Positions 1 through 10,900 of a stretch of 62,056 nt of DNA are shown piece by piece. This DNA is from Bacilli bacterium (GTDB taxonomy: Bacteria > Bacillota_I > Bacilli_A > RFN20 > CAG-826): assembly GCA_017635565.1 (NCBI GenBank), contig JAGBLE010000013.1:1-62056 (forward strand), in the 5' to 3' direction. Position 1 is the first letter of the stretch. Each line of letters opens with the position of its first letter. The position numbers were made by a program, and so were the translations under genes. The notes under the pieces are model-generated. The model was given only the letters and a program-made list of their open reading frames with translations, did not search any database and was not told the origin of the DNA.

Positions 1-13
1 ATTTTTTTATCCA

Positions 14-871
14 TTATTCTTTATTTAATTGAGGACAATCTCGATGAATGGCAATCGTTCGATAATCTTTAGAAAAATGTTTGGCTAAATAATTAGCGAC
101 ATATGTGGAGCGGTGTTGACCACCACTACAAGCGATTCCAATCGTGTAACTTCCTCTTCCACTTTTACGAAGTTCGATTAAGAATTTTTCTAAATAACAA
201 ATGATATCATCAATAACTTCTTGGGTGACAGAAAATGAACGCATGTAATTAATAACTTTTTCATCTTCTCCAGTTAATTCTCTTAAATCTTCCACCCAAT
301 AAGGATTAGGAATTAAACGAACATCAAAAAATGTATCGATACCTTGTGGTATTCCATTTTTAAGCCCGAAAGATAAAAATGTAACAGAAGTTATTTTACT
401 CTCTTCGACATTATTGAGGAATTTATATAAATTTACTCGCAATTGTTTAACAGTCAAAGAAGTTGTATCCAAGCATAAATCGGCGTAATCAAGGACTGAA
501 TTAATACTTTTGATATCTTCTTCAATGGCTTGAATTGGAGATATTTTTTGAGTGACACTTCGAGGATGAACTCGTCGAGTAAGAGTGTATCTTTTAATTA
601 ATTCCTCTTTCCCACAGTTTAAAATGATAATTCTGAAATTCGCATTTTTACGTTTTTTCACAGCTTTAATTGTTTCTTCAGCGGTAATCGCATGAGACAC
701 AAAACAGATGTTATTGATTTTATTATCTTCAGAAAGAAGTTGATCAATTACAACATCAATCGCTGTAGTTGGAATATTTTTAATAACAAAATAACCGAGT
801 TCTTCAAAAACATATTCGGCGCTTGATAGTCCTGAACCTGCTGGACCAGTAATAACAACAAAATTTTTCAT
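14..871 (-). CDS. rapZ: RNase adapter RapZ/YvcJ-family P-loop protein
   Basis: N-terminal ITGPAGSGLS P-loop (degenerate), TRRVHP, SFGLKNGIP, FDVRLIPNPYW and IACSGGQHRS motifs; downstream of trxB as in Bacilli. Confidence 0.9.
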   Translation of the reverse strand: MKNFVVITGPAGSGLSSAEYVFEELGYFVIKNIPTTAIDVVIDQLLSEDNKINNICFVSHAITAEETIKAVKKRKNANFRIIILNCGKEELIKRYTLTRRVHPRSVTQKISPIQAIEEDIKSINSVLDYADLCLDTTSLTVKQLRVNLYKFLNNVEESKITSVTFLSFGLKNGIPQGIDTFFDVRLIPNPYWVEDLRELTGEDEKVINYMRSFSVTQEVIDDIICYLEKFLIELRKSGRGSYTIGIACSGGQHRSTYVANYLAKHFSKDYRTIAIHRDCPQLNKE

Positions 872-872
872 T

Positions 873-1787
873 TTATTTACCTAAATATTCCAAAATTGAA
901 TTAGCGGCCACCATTCCATCGTGTTCCGCTAAATAGATTTGGCGGATATCTCTTGGAAGGACATCTCCTCCGGAGAAAGCTCCACTTACACGAGTCATCA
1001 TCTTTTTATCAACTGGGATATTACCCCATTCGTTTTTGATATCAAGATTAATAAATTTACTATTTGGATCTTGACCAACAAGAGGGAATACACCTTGAAC
1101 TTCAAGGATTCTTTCTTCTTGGGTTTCTTTATTTTGAATTTTAACTCCACAGAGTTTTCCATCTTTCATTAAGAATTCAAGAGGGATATATGGAGTGAGA
1201 ATAGTAACATTTTCTTTATTTTTTAATTCTTCAACGATTTTTGGATATCCTCTAAATTCATTGCGACGATGAATGAGATATAAATGTTTTACTAATCCAG
1301 AAAGATAAATTGCTTCTTTTAAAGCGGAATTTCCTCCTCCGATAACAAGGACATCTTCTCCTTTGAAGAAATGTCCATCACAAATCGCACAATAACTTAA
1401 TCCATGACCAAATAATTCATCTTCTAACGGAAGACCAATTTTTCTTTCCACTGTTCCAGTAGCGATATAAACAGTTTTGGAATAATAGGTGGTTGATAAT
1501 CCTTTTAAAACAAATAAATCATTTTCTTTATCTAAAGAAGTGATTTCATCTCCAATAAATTCCACTCCTGCATTCATTAATCTTTCAAAGAAAACTACTG
1601 CTAAATCTGGTCCAGGGATTTTAGTTTGTCCTGGATAATTATCAACTCGAGGAGCGACATTAATTTTTCCTCCTGGAGTCGATTTCTCAATAACGGCAAC
1701 TTTAATACCTGCTTGATGAAGTTTAATACCTGCTCCTATTCCACTAGGACCAGCGCCGATAATAAGACAATCATAGACATTATTCAT
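873..1787 (-). CDS. trxB: Thioredoxin-disulfide reductase
   Basis: GAGPSG FAD motif, CAICDG redox motif, GGGNSA NADPH motif. Confidence 0.93.
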   Translation of the reverse strand: MNNVYDCLIIGAGPSGIGAGIKLHQAGIKVAVIEKSTPGGKINVAPRVDNYPGQTKIPGPDLAVVFFERLMNAGVEFIGDEITSLDKENDLFVLKGLSTTYYSKTVYIATGTVERKIGLPLEDELFGHGLSYCAICDGHFFKGEDVLVIGGGNSALKEAIYLSGLVKHLYLIHRRNEFRGYPKIVEELKNKENVTILTPYIPLEFLMKDGKLCGVKIQNKETQEERILEVQGVFPLVGQDPNSKFINLDIKNEWGNIPVDKKMMTRVSGAFSGGDVLPRDIRQIYLAEHDGMVAANSILEYLGK

Positions 1788-2427
1788 AGAGAATATCCTC
1801 CAATTCTAAATAAGAATTAATTTTAAATTTTGGCGTTAAATCTTTAGGTAACTTTTTCGGACCCCAAATCGCTAAAGCACAATCGATCCCAGCGTTATTA
1901 GCAGCGTATACATCGAGCTTATCGTCTCCAACATATATCGTTTCTTGCTTACTAGCGGAGAAATATTTGATTGATTTTTCAATTCCTTCTGGATCTGGCT
2001 TTCCGTTTTTAACATCATCAAATCCGATAATATAATCAAATAACCCTTCAAAACCGATACACTTTAAAGCGTATTCAGTTAAATCATGACGCTTATTAGT
2101 GACAATTCCTAATTTATAACCGTCTTCTTTTAATCTAATAAGCACTTCTTTACTATGTGGATAGGCAAATGTATGAGTTGGATAAAGTTCCTTAGAGACA
2201 CGCATAAATTCTTGAAACATAAATTCAATATCCATCTCCGGAAATTCATCTTTGAGGGTGTCCCTAATTGGGGGACCTGAGAAATAATACATTTTCTCCA
2301 CAGGAGTTCTCACTCCATGACGATATTTATCATATAAGATATTAAGCGATTCAATAATCATTGGGTTGGAATCAAGAACTGTTCCATCCATATCAAATAA
2401 AACAACCTTATATCTTTTATTTTTCAT
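1780..2427 (-). CDS. ppaX: HAD-IA hydrolase, PpaX-like pyrophosphatase
   Basis: FDMDGT, GIVTNK, KPDPEG and YVGD motifs; start moved to ATG 2427 (MKNKRY), which overlaps the lgt end; lgt-ppaX synteny as in Bacillus. Confidence 0.75.
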   Translation of the reverse strand: MKNKRYKVVLFDMDGTVLDSNPMIIESLNILYDKYRHGVRTPVEKMYYFSGPPIRDTLKDEFPEMDIEFMFQEFMRVSKELYPTHTFAYPHSKEVLIRLKEDGYKLGIVTNKRHDLTEYALKCIGFEGLFDYIIGFDDVKNGKPDPEGIEKSIKYFSASKQETIYVGDDKLDVYAANNAGIDCALAIWGPKKLPKDLTPKFKINSYLELEDILYE

Positions 2428-3964
2428 TTTGTTTCTTTCCTTGAAGTGAATAAATAACGACACAGACAAGTAAAAGTAAGAAAGATAAACCAATTACTAA
2501 AATAATAAAGCCGTTATTATATTTATTAAATGCGATTGTGTTTGATTGACTTCCATTAATCATGAATAAAGAGCCTAAGATTGTTAACGCTAATCCAATC
2601 GCAGCAAATATTCCTCCAACAGTAATGGTGAAAGGAATATTAACATTTTCAATCATCGGAAGTTTTTTAATCTTGCGAATTATATGTCTAATAACGTGAT
2701 TACACATAATTAAGAAAACTCCACCTAAAACAAAGATGATTGACCACATCCAACTCCAATATCCATCATTTCCCATGTTATAGGCTGAATATCTCGTTGG
2801 CTCTAAAATAACTCGAGTTAAGCCATACCAAACGATATAAGAGGCCGCTAAATCACCGAGTTCAAGATATTTTCTAAGTCCTTTACCAAGCGCAAAACGG
2901 ATTAAGAAATATCCAGTTAAATTAGATAAAAATTCAATATAGAAAAGAGGGACATAAATCTGTCCAGAAGGAGCCCATCCTCCACTTTCTGAATATTGAG
3001 CGTTATTCATAATTATTTTTGGTAAAAACCACCAATTTGAAGAATCGACCAAATTTCCATGAACTTCAGCGTTAAAGAAATTTCCCCATCTTCCAATTGC
3101 TTGAGCAACTAAAATACAAGGAACGATAATATCAACCGCTAACCAAATTGAATATTTTTTATTTCTCCATAAAAACCACGCTACACCAACGATAATACCG
3201 ATTAAGGCTCCAGAAATAATGGTTAATCCACCTTCCCAAACAGCGAAAATTGACCACCACTCTCCGTTAGCGACTCGACTAGCAAATCCACCATGATCCC
3301 ATTCTCCGATAACATATCCAATTCTTGCTCCAACTATTCCGGCTGGAAAAGCTACGAAGAAAGTTGATTCTAATATGCCGTGTTTTCCATATTCCTTATA
3401 GAAGCGATGATCACAAATGAAATAAACAAGAATTGCGCCAGAAAGAATGCAAAGCGCATACCACGCTAAATTTGGTTTGACACCCATACTTGGATTAACA
3501 AATCCATCTTTGAAAGATAATCCGTTAACAAGAGGATATGTGATGTGATCTGCAATTCCATTTGTAAGTAAAATAAGTCCGATAAAGAAAACAATTCCAC
3601 TACTAATCATTGAAATAAATAAAACCTTGTCACTAGTAGGATCAATCTCTTTTCCGTAATAATGAATGATAAAAGATAAAACAAAAGTTGGTAAAGTAAA
3701 TCCAAAAATTAATGAACCAAAAATTAAAGAGGCCCATTCTCCTGGAGACAATATATATAACTGATACATTGCCAAAAAGACAAAGATTAGCACTGTTGAA
3801 ACCGCAATAGCACCAATAAAATAGACAAAATTTTTGATTTCGTTTGGATAATTTATGGTTTTAGGCATTGGATATTTAACTAATTTAATTGCTTTAAAAA
3901 CTGAGTATCCAAAAATACCTAATGCTATGGCGATAAAAATAATCATAAATATTAAAGAAACCAT
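2417..3964 (-). CDS. lgt: Prolipoprotein diacylglyceryl transferase with extra transmembrane segments
   Basis: WYALCI, GARIGYV, WEGGLTI.G and QAIGRWGNFFNAEVHG signature; likely ATG at 3964, just after the uvrA stop (ORF track starts at TTG 3976). Confidence 0.9.
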   Translation of the reverse strand: MVSLIFMIIFIAIALGIFGYSVFKAIKLVKYPMPKTINYPNEIKNFVYFIGAIAVSTVLIFVFLAMYQLYILSPGEWASLIFGSLIFGFTLPTFVLSFIIHYYGKEIDPTSDKVLFISMISSGIVFFIGLILLTNGIADHITYPLVNGLSFKDGFVNPSMGVKPNLAWYALCILSGAILVYFICDHRFYKEYGKHGILESTFFVAFPAGIVGARIGYVIGEWDHGGFASRVANGEWWSIFAVWEGGLTIISGALIGIIVGVAWFLWRNKKYSIWLAVDIIVPCILVAQAIGRWGNFFNAEVHGNLVDSSNWWFLPKIIMNNAQYSESGGWAPSGQIYVPLFYIEFLSNLTGYFLIRFALGKGLRKYLELGDLAASYIVWYGLTRVILEPTRYSAYNMGNDGYWSWMWSIIFVLGGVFLIMCNHVIRHIIRKIKKLPMIENVNIPFTITVGGIFAAIGLALTILGSLFMINGSQSNTIAFNKYNNGFIILVIGLSFLLLLVCVVIYSLQGKKQNEK

Positions 3965-3965
3965 A

Positions 3966-6791
3966 TTATTTACCAAGAACTTTCTTCAAATATTGGCCTG
4001 TATAACTCTTTTCAACTTTGGAGATTTCTTCAGGAGTTCCAGTGGCGATAACTCTTCCACCTCGGTCTCCACCATCTGGGCCAATATCAATGATATAATC
4101 GCTTACTTTAATGACATCTAAATTGTGTTCAATAACTAAAACGGTATCTCCATGATCAACAATTCTTTGTAAGACATTAATTAATTGTTTGACATCGTGA
4201 GTGTGCAAACCAGTTGTTGGTTCATCAAGAATATATAAGGTCTTTCCTGTTGGTTTTCTTTGTAATTCAAACGCTAATTTCACTCTTTGAGCTTCTCCTC
4301 CAGAAAGGGTGGTCGCTGCTTGACCGAGTTTGATATAGCCTAAACCAACATCGTAAAGAGTTTGGATTTTGTGTTTGATTCTTGGATGGTTTTCAAAGAA
4401 AGTTAAAGCGTCTTCCACAGTCATCTCTAAAACTTCATAAATATTTTTTCCTTTATAGGTGACTTGTAAAGTTTCTTCATTATATCTTTTACCATTACAT
4501 GCATCACATCTAACATAAACATCAGGTAAGAAATTCATTGGAACACGGGTTACACCTGCTCCTTCACATTTTTCACATCTTCCACCTGTTACATTAAAAG
4601 AGAATCTTCCTTTATCAAAGCCACGAGCTTTCGCTTCAACAGTATTAGCGAATAAGTCTCTTATTTCATCAAAAAGTTTGATATATGTTGCAGGGTTACT
4701 TCTTGGAGTTCTTCCAATTGGTTCTTGAGAAACGTTAATTACTTTATCGATTAATTCTTGCCCTGTTATTGATTTAACTTCACCAGGGAAAACTTCTTTT
4801 CCAGTGAAATATTTAACGAGTTGTAAATATAAAGTTTGATTAACCAAAGATGATTTTCCGCTTCCACTTACTCCAGTCACTGAAATAAATGTTCCAAGAG
4901 GAAATTTAACATTTATATTTTTGAGGTTATTAATTTTTGCTCCCTTTATTTCAAGGAATTTTCCATTTCCTTTTCTTCTTTCTTTTGGGATTTCAATCTT
5001 TTTTCGACCAGTTAAATAATCACTAGTGAGACTATTTTCACATTTTAATAATCCTGGGACATCACCTTGATAAATGATTTCTCCTCCATGGATTCCTGCT
5101 TTTGGGCCGATATCAACAACGTAATCTGCTTGTCGAATTGTTTCTTCATCATGTTCAACAACAACAAGAGTGTTACCAATATCTCTCATCTTTTTAAGAG
5201 ATTCGATTAATCTTTCATCATCTTTTTGATGTAATCCAATACTTGGTTCATCTAAAACGTAAAGAATACCAGTTAATTTGGAACCGATTTGAGTAGCGAG
5301 TCTAATTCTTTGACTTTCTCCTCCACTTAATGTCATCGCCATACGGGAAAGAGTTAGATAATCAAGACCCACATCGCATAAGAAAGAGACGCGAGATTCA
5401 ATTTCTCGAATGACCATGTTAGCGATTGTTAAATCATTATCTTTTAATTTGTCTTTAAGAGATAAAATCCAGTCTTTAAGTTCGCCGAGTTGTAAGCAAG
5501 TGACATCATAAATATTCTTTCCATCGATTAAAACAGAAAGGGCTTCTTTATTTAATCTTGTTCCTTTACAAGTAGTACAGATAGAATCTCTCATGAATTT
5601 TTCATAATAATCTCTCATCCAATCACTACTGGTTTCTTGATATAAACGTTCAACTTTTGTTTTAATTCCTTCGATATATCCAAGTCGATTAGTAACATTT
5701 CCAGAAGAACTTTTAAGAGAATATTTATGAATTTCTGGAGAGCCATATAAGATGATATGTTTTTGTTTTTCAGTCAATTCTTCATAAGGGACATCAGTTG
5801 AAATTTTATATAAATCACAAAGGAGTTTGAATTCTTGCCACTCAAGATTAGATGTATTAGCGGTATTTTTATAATAATCAATCGCCCCTTTAGAAATTGA
5901 TAATTGTGGGTTTGGGACTAAAAGTTCAGGAGCAGCTTCTCGCTTAATTCCTAATCCTTTACAGTCAGGACAAAAACCCATTGGAGCGTTAAATGAAAAT
6001 AATCTCGGTTCAAGTTTTGGAACAGAAAATCCACATATTGGACAAGTGTGACGATCACTTAAAACTTTTTCTTCAATTTCAGAATAAATGACAAGTAATC
6101 CTTTTGACCAATCAAGAGCCGTTTCAATTGATTCATATATTCTCGCTCGATTTTCTGGTTTAACAATAATTCGGTCAATAACAATATCAATAGAGTGTTT
6201 GTTATTTTTTTCTAATGGTTTTATTTCATCGATTGTGGTAAAAACTCCATCAACACGAAGTCTAACAAATCCATTTGTTCTAATCTTATCAATTATTTCT
6301 TTATGGGTTCCTTTTTCGTTATGAACAACTGGAGAAAGAAGTTGAATTTTTGTTCCAGCTGGATAATTAAGAACGATATCAGTCATATTAGTTGGACTAA
6401 AAGAAATAATTGGGGTGTGGTGATTTGGACAATAAGGGACTCCAACTCGACCAAAAAGTAATCTTAAATAATCATATATTTCAGTGACTGTTCCAACAGT
6501 ACTTCTCGGATTATGAGAAACACTTTTTTGATCGATTGCGATGCTTGGAGAAAGTCCTTCAATAACATCAACATCAGGTTTTTCATAATTTCCTAAAAAT
6601 TGACGAGCGTAACTTGAAAGAGATTCCATATATCTTCTTTGGCCTTCGGCAAAAAGAGTGTCGAACGCTAAAGTGGATTTACCACTTCCTGATAAACCTG
6701 TGAATACAACTAAAGATTCTTTAGGAATTGTAACATTAACATTCTTTAAGTTATTTTCTCTAGCCCCTTTAATAACAATATTCTTTTCCAT
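3966..6791 (-). CDS. uvrA: Excinuclease ABC subunit A
   Basis: Two ABC domains (GLSGSGKS, GVSGSGKS, LSGGE x2), CxxC zinc motifs, 941 aa. Confidence 0.98.
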   Translation of the reverse strand: MEKNIVIKGARENNLKNVNVTIPKESLVVFTGLSGSGKSTLAFDTLFAEGQRRYMESLSSYARQFLGNYEKPDVDVIEGLSPSIAIDQKSVSHNPRSTVGTVTEIYDYLRLLFGRVGVPYCPNHHTPIISFSPTNMTDIVLNYPAGTKIQLLSPVVHNEKGTHKEIIDKIRTNGFVRLRVDGVFTTIDEIKPLEKNNKHSIDIVIDRIIVKPENRARIYESIETALDWSKGLLVIYSEIEEKVLSDRHTCPICGFSVPKLEPRLFSFNAPMGFCPDCKGLGIKREAAPELLVPNPQLSISKGAIDYYKNTANTSNLEWQEFKLLCDLYKISTDVPYEELTEKQKHIILYGSPEIHKYSLKSSSGNVTNRLGYIEGIKTKVERLYQETSSDWMRDYYEKFMRDSICTTCKGTRLNKEALSVLIDGKNIYDVTCLQLGELKDWILSLKDKLKDNDLTIANMVIREIESRVSFLCDVGLDYLTLSRMAMTLSGGESQRIRLATQIGSKLTGILYVLDEPSIGLHQKDDERLIESLKKMRDIGNTLVVVEHDEETIRQADYVVDIGPKAGIHGGEIIYQGDVPGLLKCENSLTSDYLTGRKKIEIPKERRKGNGKFLEIKGAKINNLKNINVKFPLGTFISVTGVSGSGKSSLVNQTLYLQLVKYFTGKEVFPGEVKSITGQELIDKVINVSQEPIGRTPRSNPATYIKLFDEIRDLFANTVEAKARGFDKGRFSFNVTGGRCEKCEGAGVTRVPMNFLPDVYVRCDACNGKRYNEETLQVTYKGKNIYEVLEMTVEDALTFFENHPRIKHKIQTLYDVGLGYIKLGQAATTLSGGEAQRVKLAFELQRKPTGKTLYILDEPTTGLHTHDVKQLINVLQRIVDHGDTVLVIEHNLDVIKVSDYIIDIGPDGGDRGGRVIATGTPEEISKVEKSYTGQYLKKVLGK

Positions 6792-6855
6792 AAGTGTATT
6801 TATTTTAATCTAAATAAATAAACTTTTCTACATATATGAGTGTATTTTTTCAAAC

Positions 6856-6880
6856 AAAAAAATCAGGACTCATCCTGACT
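6856..6880 (-). terminator. Rho-independent terminator after the AAA_33 kinase gene
   Basis: Minus strand TCAGGA-tgag-TCCTGA followed by T7. Confidence 0.75.
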
Positions 6881-6899
6881 TGTTTTGTTCTCTTTTTAA

Positions 6900-7397
6900 T
6901 TAGATTATTTCTTTTATCGCAGGAGCGATATCGTTATTAGTAATCATGATGATTTTATCAAAGAATTTCTCATCTTTTTCAGTAGGGAGTTCAAATTGAT
7001 TAAAAAACATGTCTAAGACATCTGGAGCGATTGGATATTCTCTTTGTAAATTTTGATTAGAAACAACATTTTTATCAAGTTTCCACATCACAAGTATTAC
7101 TTCATCAAATAATGGCTTCAATATTTGATTCTTATCCACTCTTAAAGTGGATGTGATATGAGTTGCATCTAAAATCACAATTCCTTCTTTATCATGAGAA
7201 TAACTTTTAGCGAGTTCATAAAAAATGGTCCAAACAAGTTGTTCGTGATCAATGTTTGATTGACTTCCAGTAATTTCTCTTCTCAAAGAGTCACTACTAA
7301 CAACATATACATGTGCGCCTTTAATCTTTTTTATTGTATTAGAAAAATAAGATTTACCACTACCGGGAACGCCAGAAAGAACAATTAATTTATTCAT
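6900..7397 (-). CDS. AAA_33 / polynucleotide-kinase-like P-loop kinase
   Basis: LSGVPGSGKS, SSDSLR and ILDATH motifs. Confidence 0.8.
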   Translation of the reverse strand: MNKLIVLSGVPGSGKSYFSNTIKKIKGAHVYVVSSDSLRREITGSQSNIDHEQLVWTIFYELAKSYSHDKEGIVILDATHITSTLRVDKNQILKPLFDEVILVMWKLDKNVVSNQNLQREYPIAPDVLDMFFNQFELPTEKDEKFFDKIIMITNNDIAPAIKEII

Positions 7398-7414
7398 AGA
7401 TTACTATTATATTC

Positions 7415-7439
7415 AAAAAGAAAAGGGGTTTAAACCCCT
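7415..7439 (-). terminator. Rho-independent terminator
   Basis: AGGGGTT-ta-AACCCCT inverted repeat followed by TTTTCTTTTT on the minus strand. Confidence 0.7.
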
Positions 7440-7459
7440 AAACTTTACTAATTGAAGAA

Positions 7460-7873
7460 TTAAGCGAGTAATTCGTCTTTCAAGGTTTTGACGATTTCTC
7501 TTCTATTTTCAAGTTCTTCTTCACTTAATGAAGAAATTCTTTCTTTCGCATGAGCGATTTCTTCTGGAGTAACTTCTCCAACTTTTAAGACGGCTTTTTC
7601 AGCTTTTTTGTAGTCTTTCTTTAAAATTTTAAGTAATTCTTCATTTTGTTTACGAATTTCAATTTTTTGCTTAACGACGTTCAAATAACTTTCAGGAACG
7701 TAGGTAGAGATGATTCTGCTTCCTTCTCTCCATTGACGATAAAAATATTTGTGTCCTGAGATGTTTTTAACTGAAATATATCCTCTTGGAAGAGATTCAA
7801 TAACTTTTTCGATTAACGAAACTTCAATGAGTGATTCGATTAATACTTCAACTTGTCTTTCACTTTTTTTCAT
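7460..7873 (-). CDS. Hypothetical basic protein, probable nucleic-acid-binding beta domain plus coiled coil
   Basis: LPRGYISVKNISGHKYFYRQWREG...YV motif; K/E-rich helical C-terminus. Confidence 0.6.
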   Translation of the reverse strand: MKKSERQVEVLIESLIEVSLIEKVIESLPRGYISVKNISGHKYFYRQWREGSRIISTYVPESYLNVVKQKIEIRKQNEELLKILKKDYKKAEKAVLKVGEVTPEEIAHAKERISSLSEEELENRREIVKTLKDELLA

Positions 7874-7922
7874 AAATGCTTAACCTACCATATCATATTT
7901 AATCACAAAGATTAATTAAGTG

Positions 7923-7959
7923 CAATCAAACTCTCAGATTTTTTCCGAGAGCTTGATTG
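7923..7959 (-). terminator. Long stem-loop 3' of nifJ (terminator or mRNA stabiliser)
   Basis: Minus strand CAATCAAGCTCTCGGA-aaaaa-TCTGAGAGTTTGATTG, 16 bp including G-U pairs, no U-tract. Confidence 0.6.
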
Positions 7960-7979
7960 TTTAATGATGTATTTATAGA

Positions 7980-10900
7980 TTAAAGACCAAATTTTTTGAT
8001 TCTGTTCCAACGATCTTGAGCGTATTTCTCAGCCTTGGTAAGAAGTTCTTCAGCATGAGCAGGATTCACTTTTGGAAGTTGAGAGAATCTGGTTTCTGTC
8101 ATGATGAAGTCTCTGAATTTGGAATAATCTGGTTCAGGCATATCAATTGATAAACCTGGTTTTCCTTCAGCGACTAAACGTGGATCATATCTGAAGAGTT
8201 GGAAATATCCACATTCGACGGCTTTCTTCTCTTGTTTCATGGAATTGCTCAATCCACCCTTGATTCCATGGTTTGCACATGGAGCGTAGCATATAATAAG
8301 GGATGGACCATTGTAGCTTTCAGCTTCTTTCAAAGCTTTAATAGCTTTAACTGGGTTACTTCCTAAAGCGATTTGGGCAACATAGACTGTGCCATAACTC
8401 ATTGCAATAAGAGCAAGGTTCTTTTTAGGAGTTAATTTACCAGCAGCGGTAAATTTAGCAATACTACCAGTTTGTGATGATTTTGAGGATTGTCCACCAG
8501 TGTTGGAATAGACTTCAGTATCTAAGACTAAGATATTGACGTCTTCTTCATTAGCGATGACGTGATCAAGTCCACCGTAACCGATATCGTATGACCAACC
8601 ATCACCACCGATGATCCAAACTGATTTGTCTTGTAAATCTCTTTCGTAAGCGAGAACGCCTTTAACTTCTTCATCTTTACTAGCTTTGACTAAGTTAACG
8701 AGTTCAGGAACGATTCTACGAGATTCTTTTCTATTTTTGATGTTTGCAAAGTATTCATCAATTTTGGCTTTGAGTTCTTCTTCAACTGTATCTCTTTCTT
8801 TAGCAGCTTCTAAAATTTCAATAGCGGCTTTAAGTTTGTGATCAGTTGCCACTCTCATACCATATCCGAATTCAGCGTTGTCTTCGAATAAGGAGTTAGC
8901 CCAAGCAATACCTTGACCATCTTTATCGGTGCAGAATGGAGTTAATGGGGTAGAACCACTATAAATGGAACTACATCCAGTTGCATTAGCAACTAACATA
9001 TCTTTACCGAATAATTGAGAAACTAAACGATAATATGGGGTTTCTCCACATCCAGCACAAGCTCCAGAAATTTCCATATATGGCATTAAGAATCCAACAC
9101 CTTTTGGAGTTTCTTGCATAGCGGCTGGAAGTTTATCTGCTTTATAAGAAACGTGTTTGAATAAGTATTCTGCCGCTTCTTCTTGTGGGAATTGTGATTT
9201 GGCTTCTACCATTTCAAGAGCGTTCTTACCAACTTTATTTGCGTTACATTCAGCAACACAGAGACCACAACCAACACAGTTACGTGGTGAGACTTGGATA
9301 CGGTATTGATGTCCAGGAACACCGAGGGCTGGTTTAACATCGTTTTTAACGAGTTCTGGTGCGTTAGCGAGTTCTTCTTCATTTAATAAGAATGGTCTAA
9401 TTGTCGCATGTGGACAGACAAACGCACATTGGTTACATTGGATACAGTTTTCTTTGTGCCAAAGAGGAACTCTATCCGCAATACTTCTTTGTTCTCTATA
9501 AGTGATGTCTGGATTCATTGTTCCATCTAAGAGTTCCCATTCGGTGAATTTAGAGACTGGTAAGTCATCTCCACCTAAGTTACCCATGACAGCGACATAT
9601 GAATCAAAATATTCATCACCAGTGAGAGGTCTTTCAAATTTTGGTTCTAAAGCTTCCCACGCTGGATCGACTTTGACTTCTCTAAGTCCTTCTGTACCAG
9701 CATCAATTGCTTTCCAGTTGAGTTCGACAACTTCTTGTCCTTTTTTGGCGTAGGATTTTTCTGCAAACTTCTTCATCCATTTGTTGGCTTCTTCATAAGG
9801 CATGATGTCTTGGTTGAGATAGAAGAAGCTTGCTTGGAGAATGGTATTGGTGTGTCGACCCATACCGATTTCGCTTGCAATCTTATTAGCGTCGATAACG
9901 AAGAATCTTGCGTGTTTCTTAGCTAATAAATATTTTGTTCTATTTGGCATGACTTTGATGAGTTGTTCATCAGTCATATCAGTGTTGAGCAAGAATGTTC
10001 CGCCTTCTTTGAGGTTTCTAATCATATCGAACTTGAATAAATAAGTATCGAGTGAGCAAGAAATGAAGTTAGCGTTTTGAACATAATATGTACTTCTAAT
10101 TGGGGTCTTACCAAATCTTAAGTGAGAACGGGTAACACCACCAGCTTTTCTAGAGTCATAAGCGAAATATGCTTGAGCATATTGACCAGTTGCATCACCA
10201 ATAATCTTAATCGAAGACTTATTAGCGGAAACTGTACCATCACTACCTAATCCATAGAATAAGCAGCTTGTGTAATCAGCTTTGACATGGAAATTTTCAT
10301 CAACAGGAATTGATTTATGGGTGAGATCATCATTAATTCCAACGGTGAAATCGTGATGACGTGAATCACTATTTAAGAAATCATAAACAGATTTGACGTC
10401 TTTTGGTTGAGTATCTTTACTAGATAATCCATATCTACCACCGATAACTTCAATATCAAGACCTGCTTGTTTAATAACAGAAACGACATCTAAGTATAAT
10501 GGTTCACCAGTAGCACCCATTTCTTTTGTTCTATCTAAGACTGCAATTCTCTTCACGGATTTTGGTAAAACCGCTAATAAGTGTTTTGCAGAGAAAGGAC
10601 GATATAAATGTACTTTGACTAAACCGATTTTTTCATCTGGAAGAGCGTCGATTACTTCTTTTGCAGTTTCAGTGACTGAACCCATAGCAACGATGACTCT
10701 TTCAGCATCTTTACGTCCATAATAGGTAAATGGAGCGTATTCTCTACCAGTTAATCTAGTAGCTTCTTTAAAATATTTTTCTGCATATTCAACGACTTTA
10801 TCGTAGTGAGCGTTTTGCGCTTCTCTACCTTGGAAATAAATGTCATCGTTTTCTGCTCCACCACGAGTTACTGGGTGGGTGTGTGGATTTAAAGCACGAG

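Noticed and set aside
6792-6855. LexA (SOS) box upstream of uvrA
   Set aside because: No GAAC-N4-GTTC; only a short AGTGTATTT direct repeat compatible with chance.
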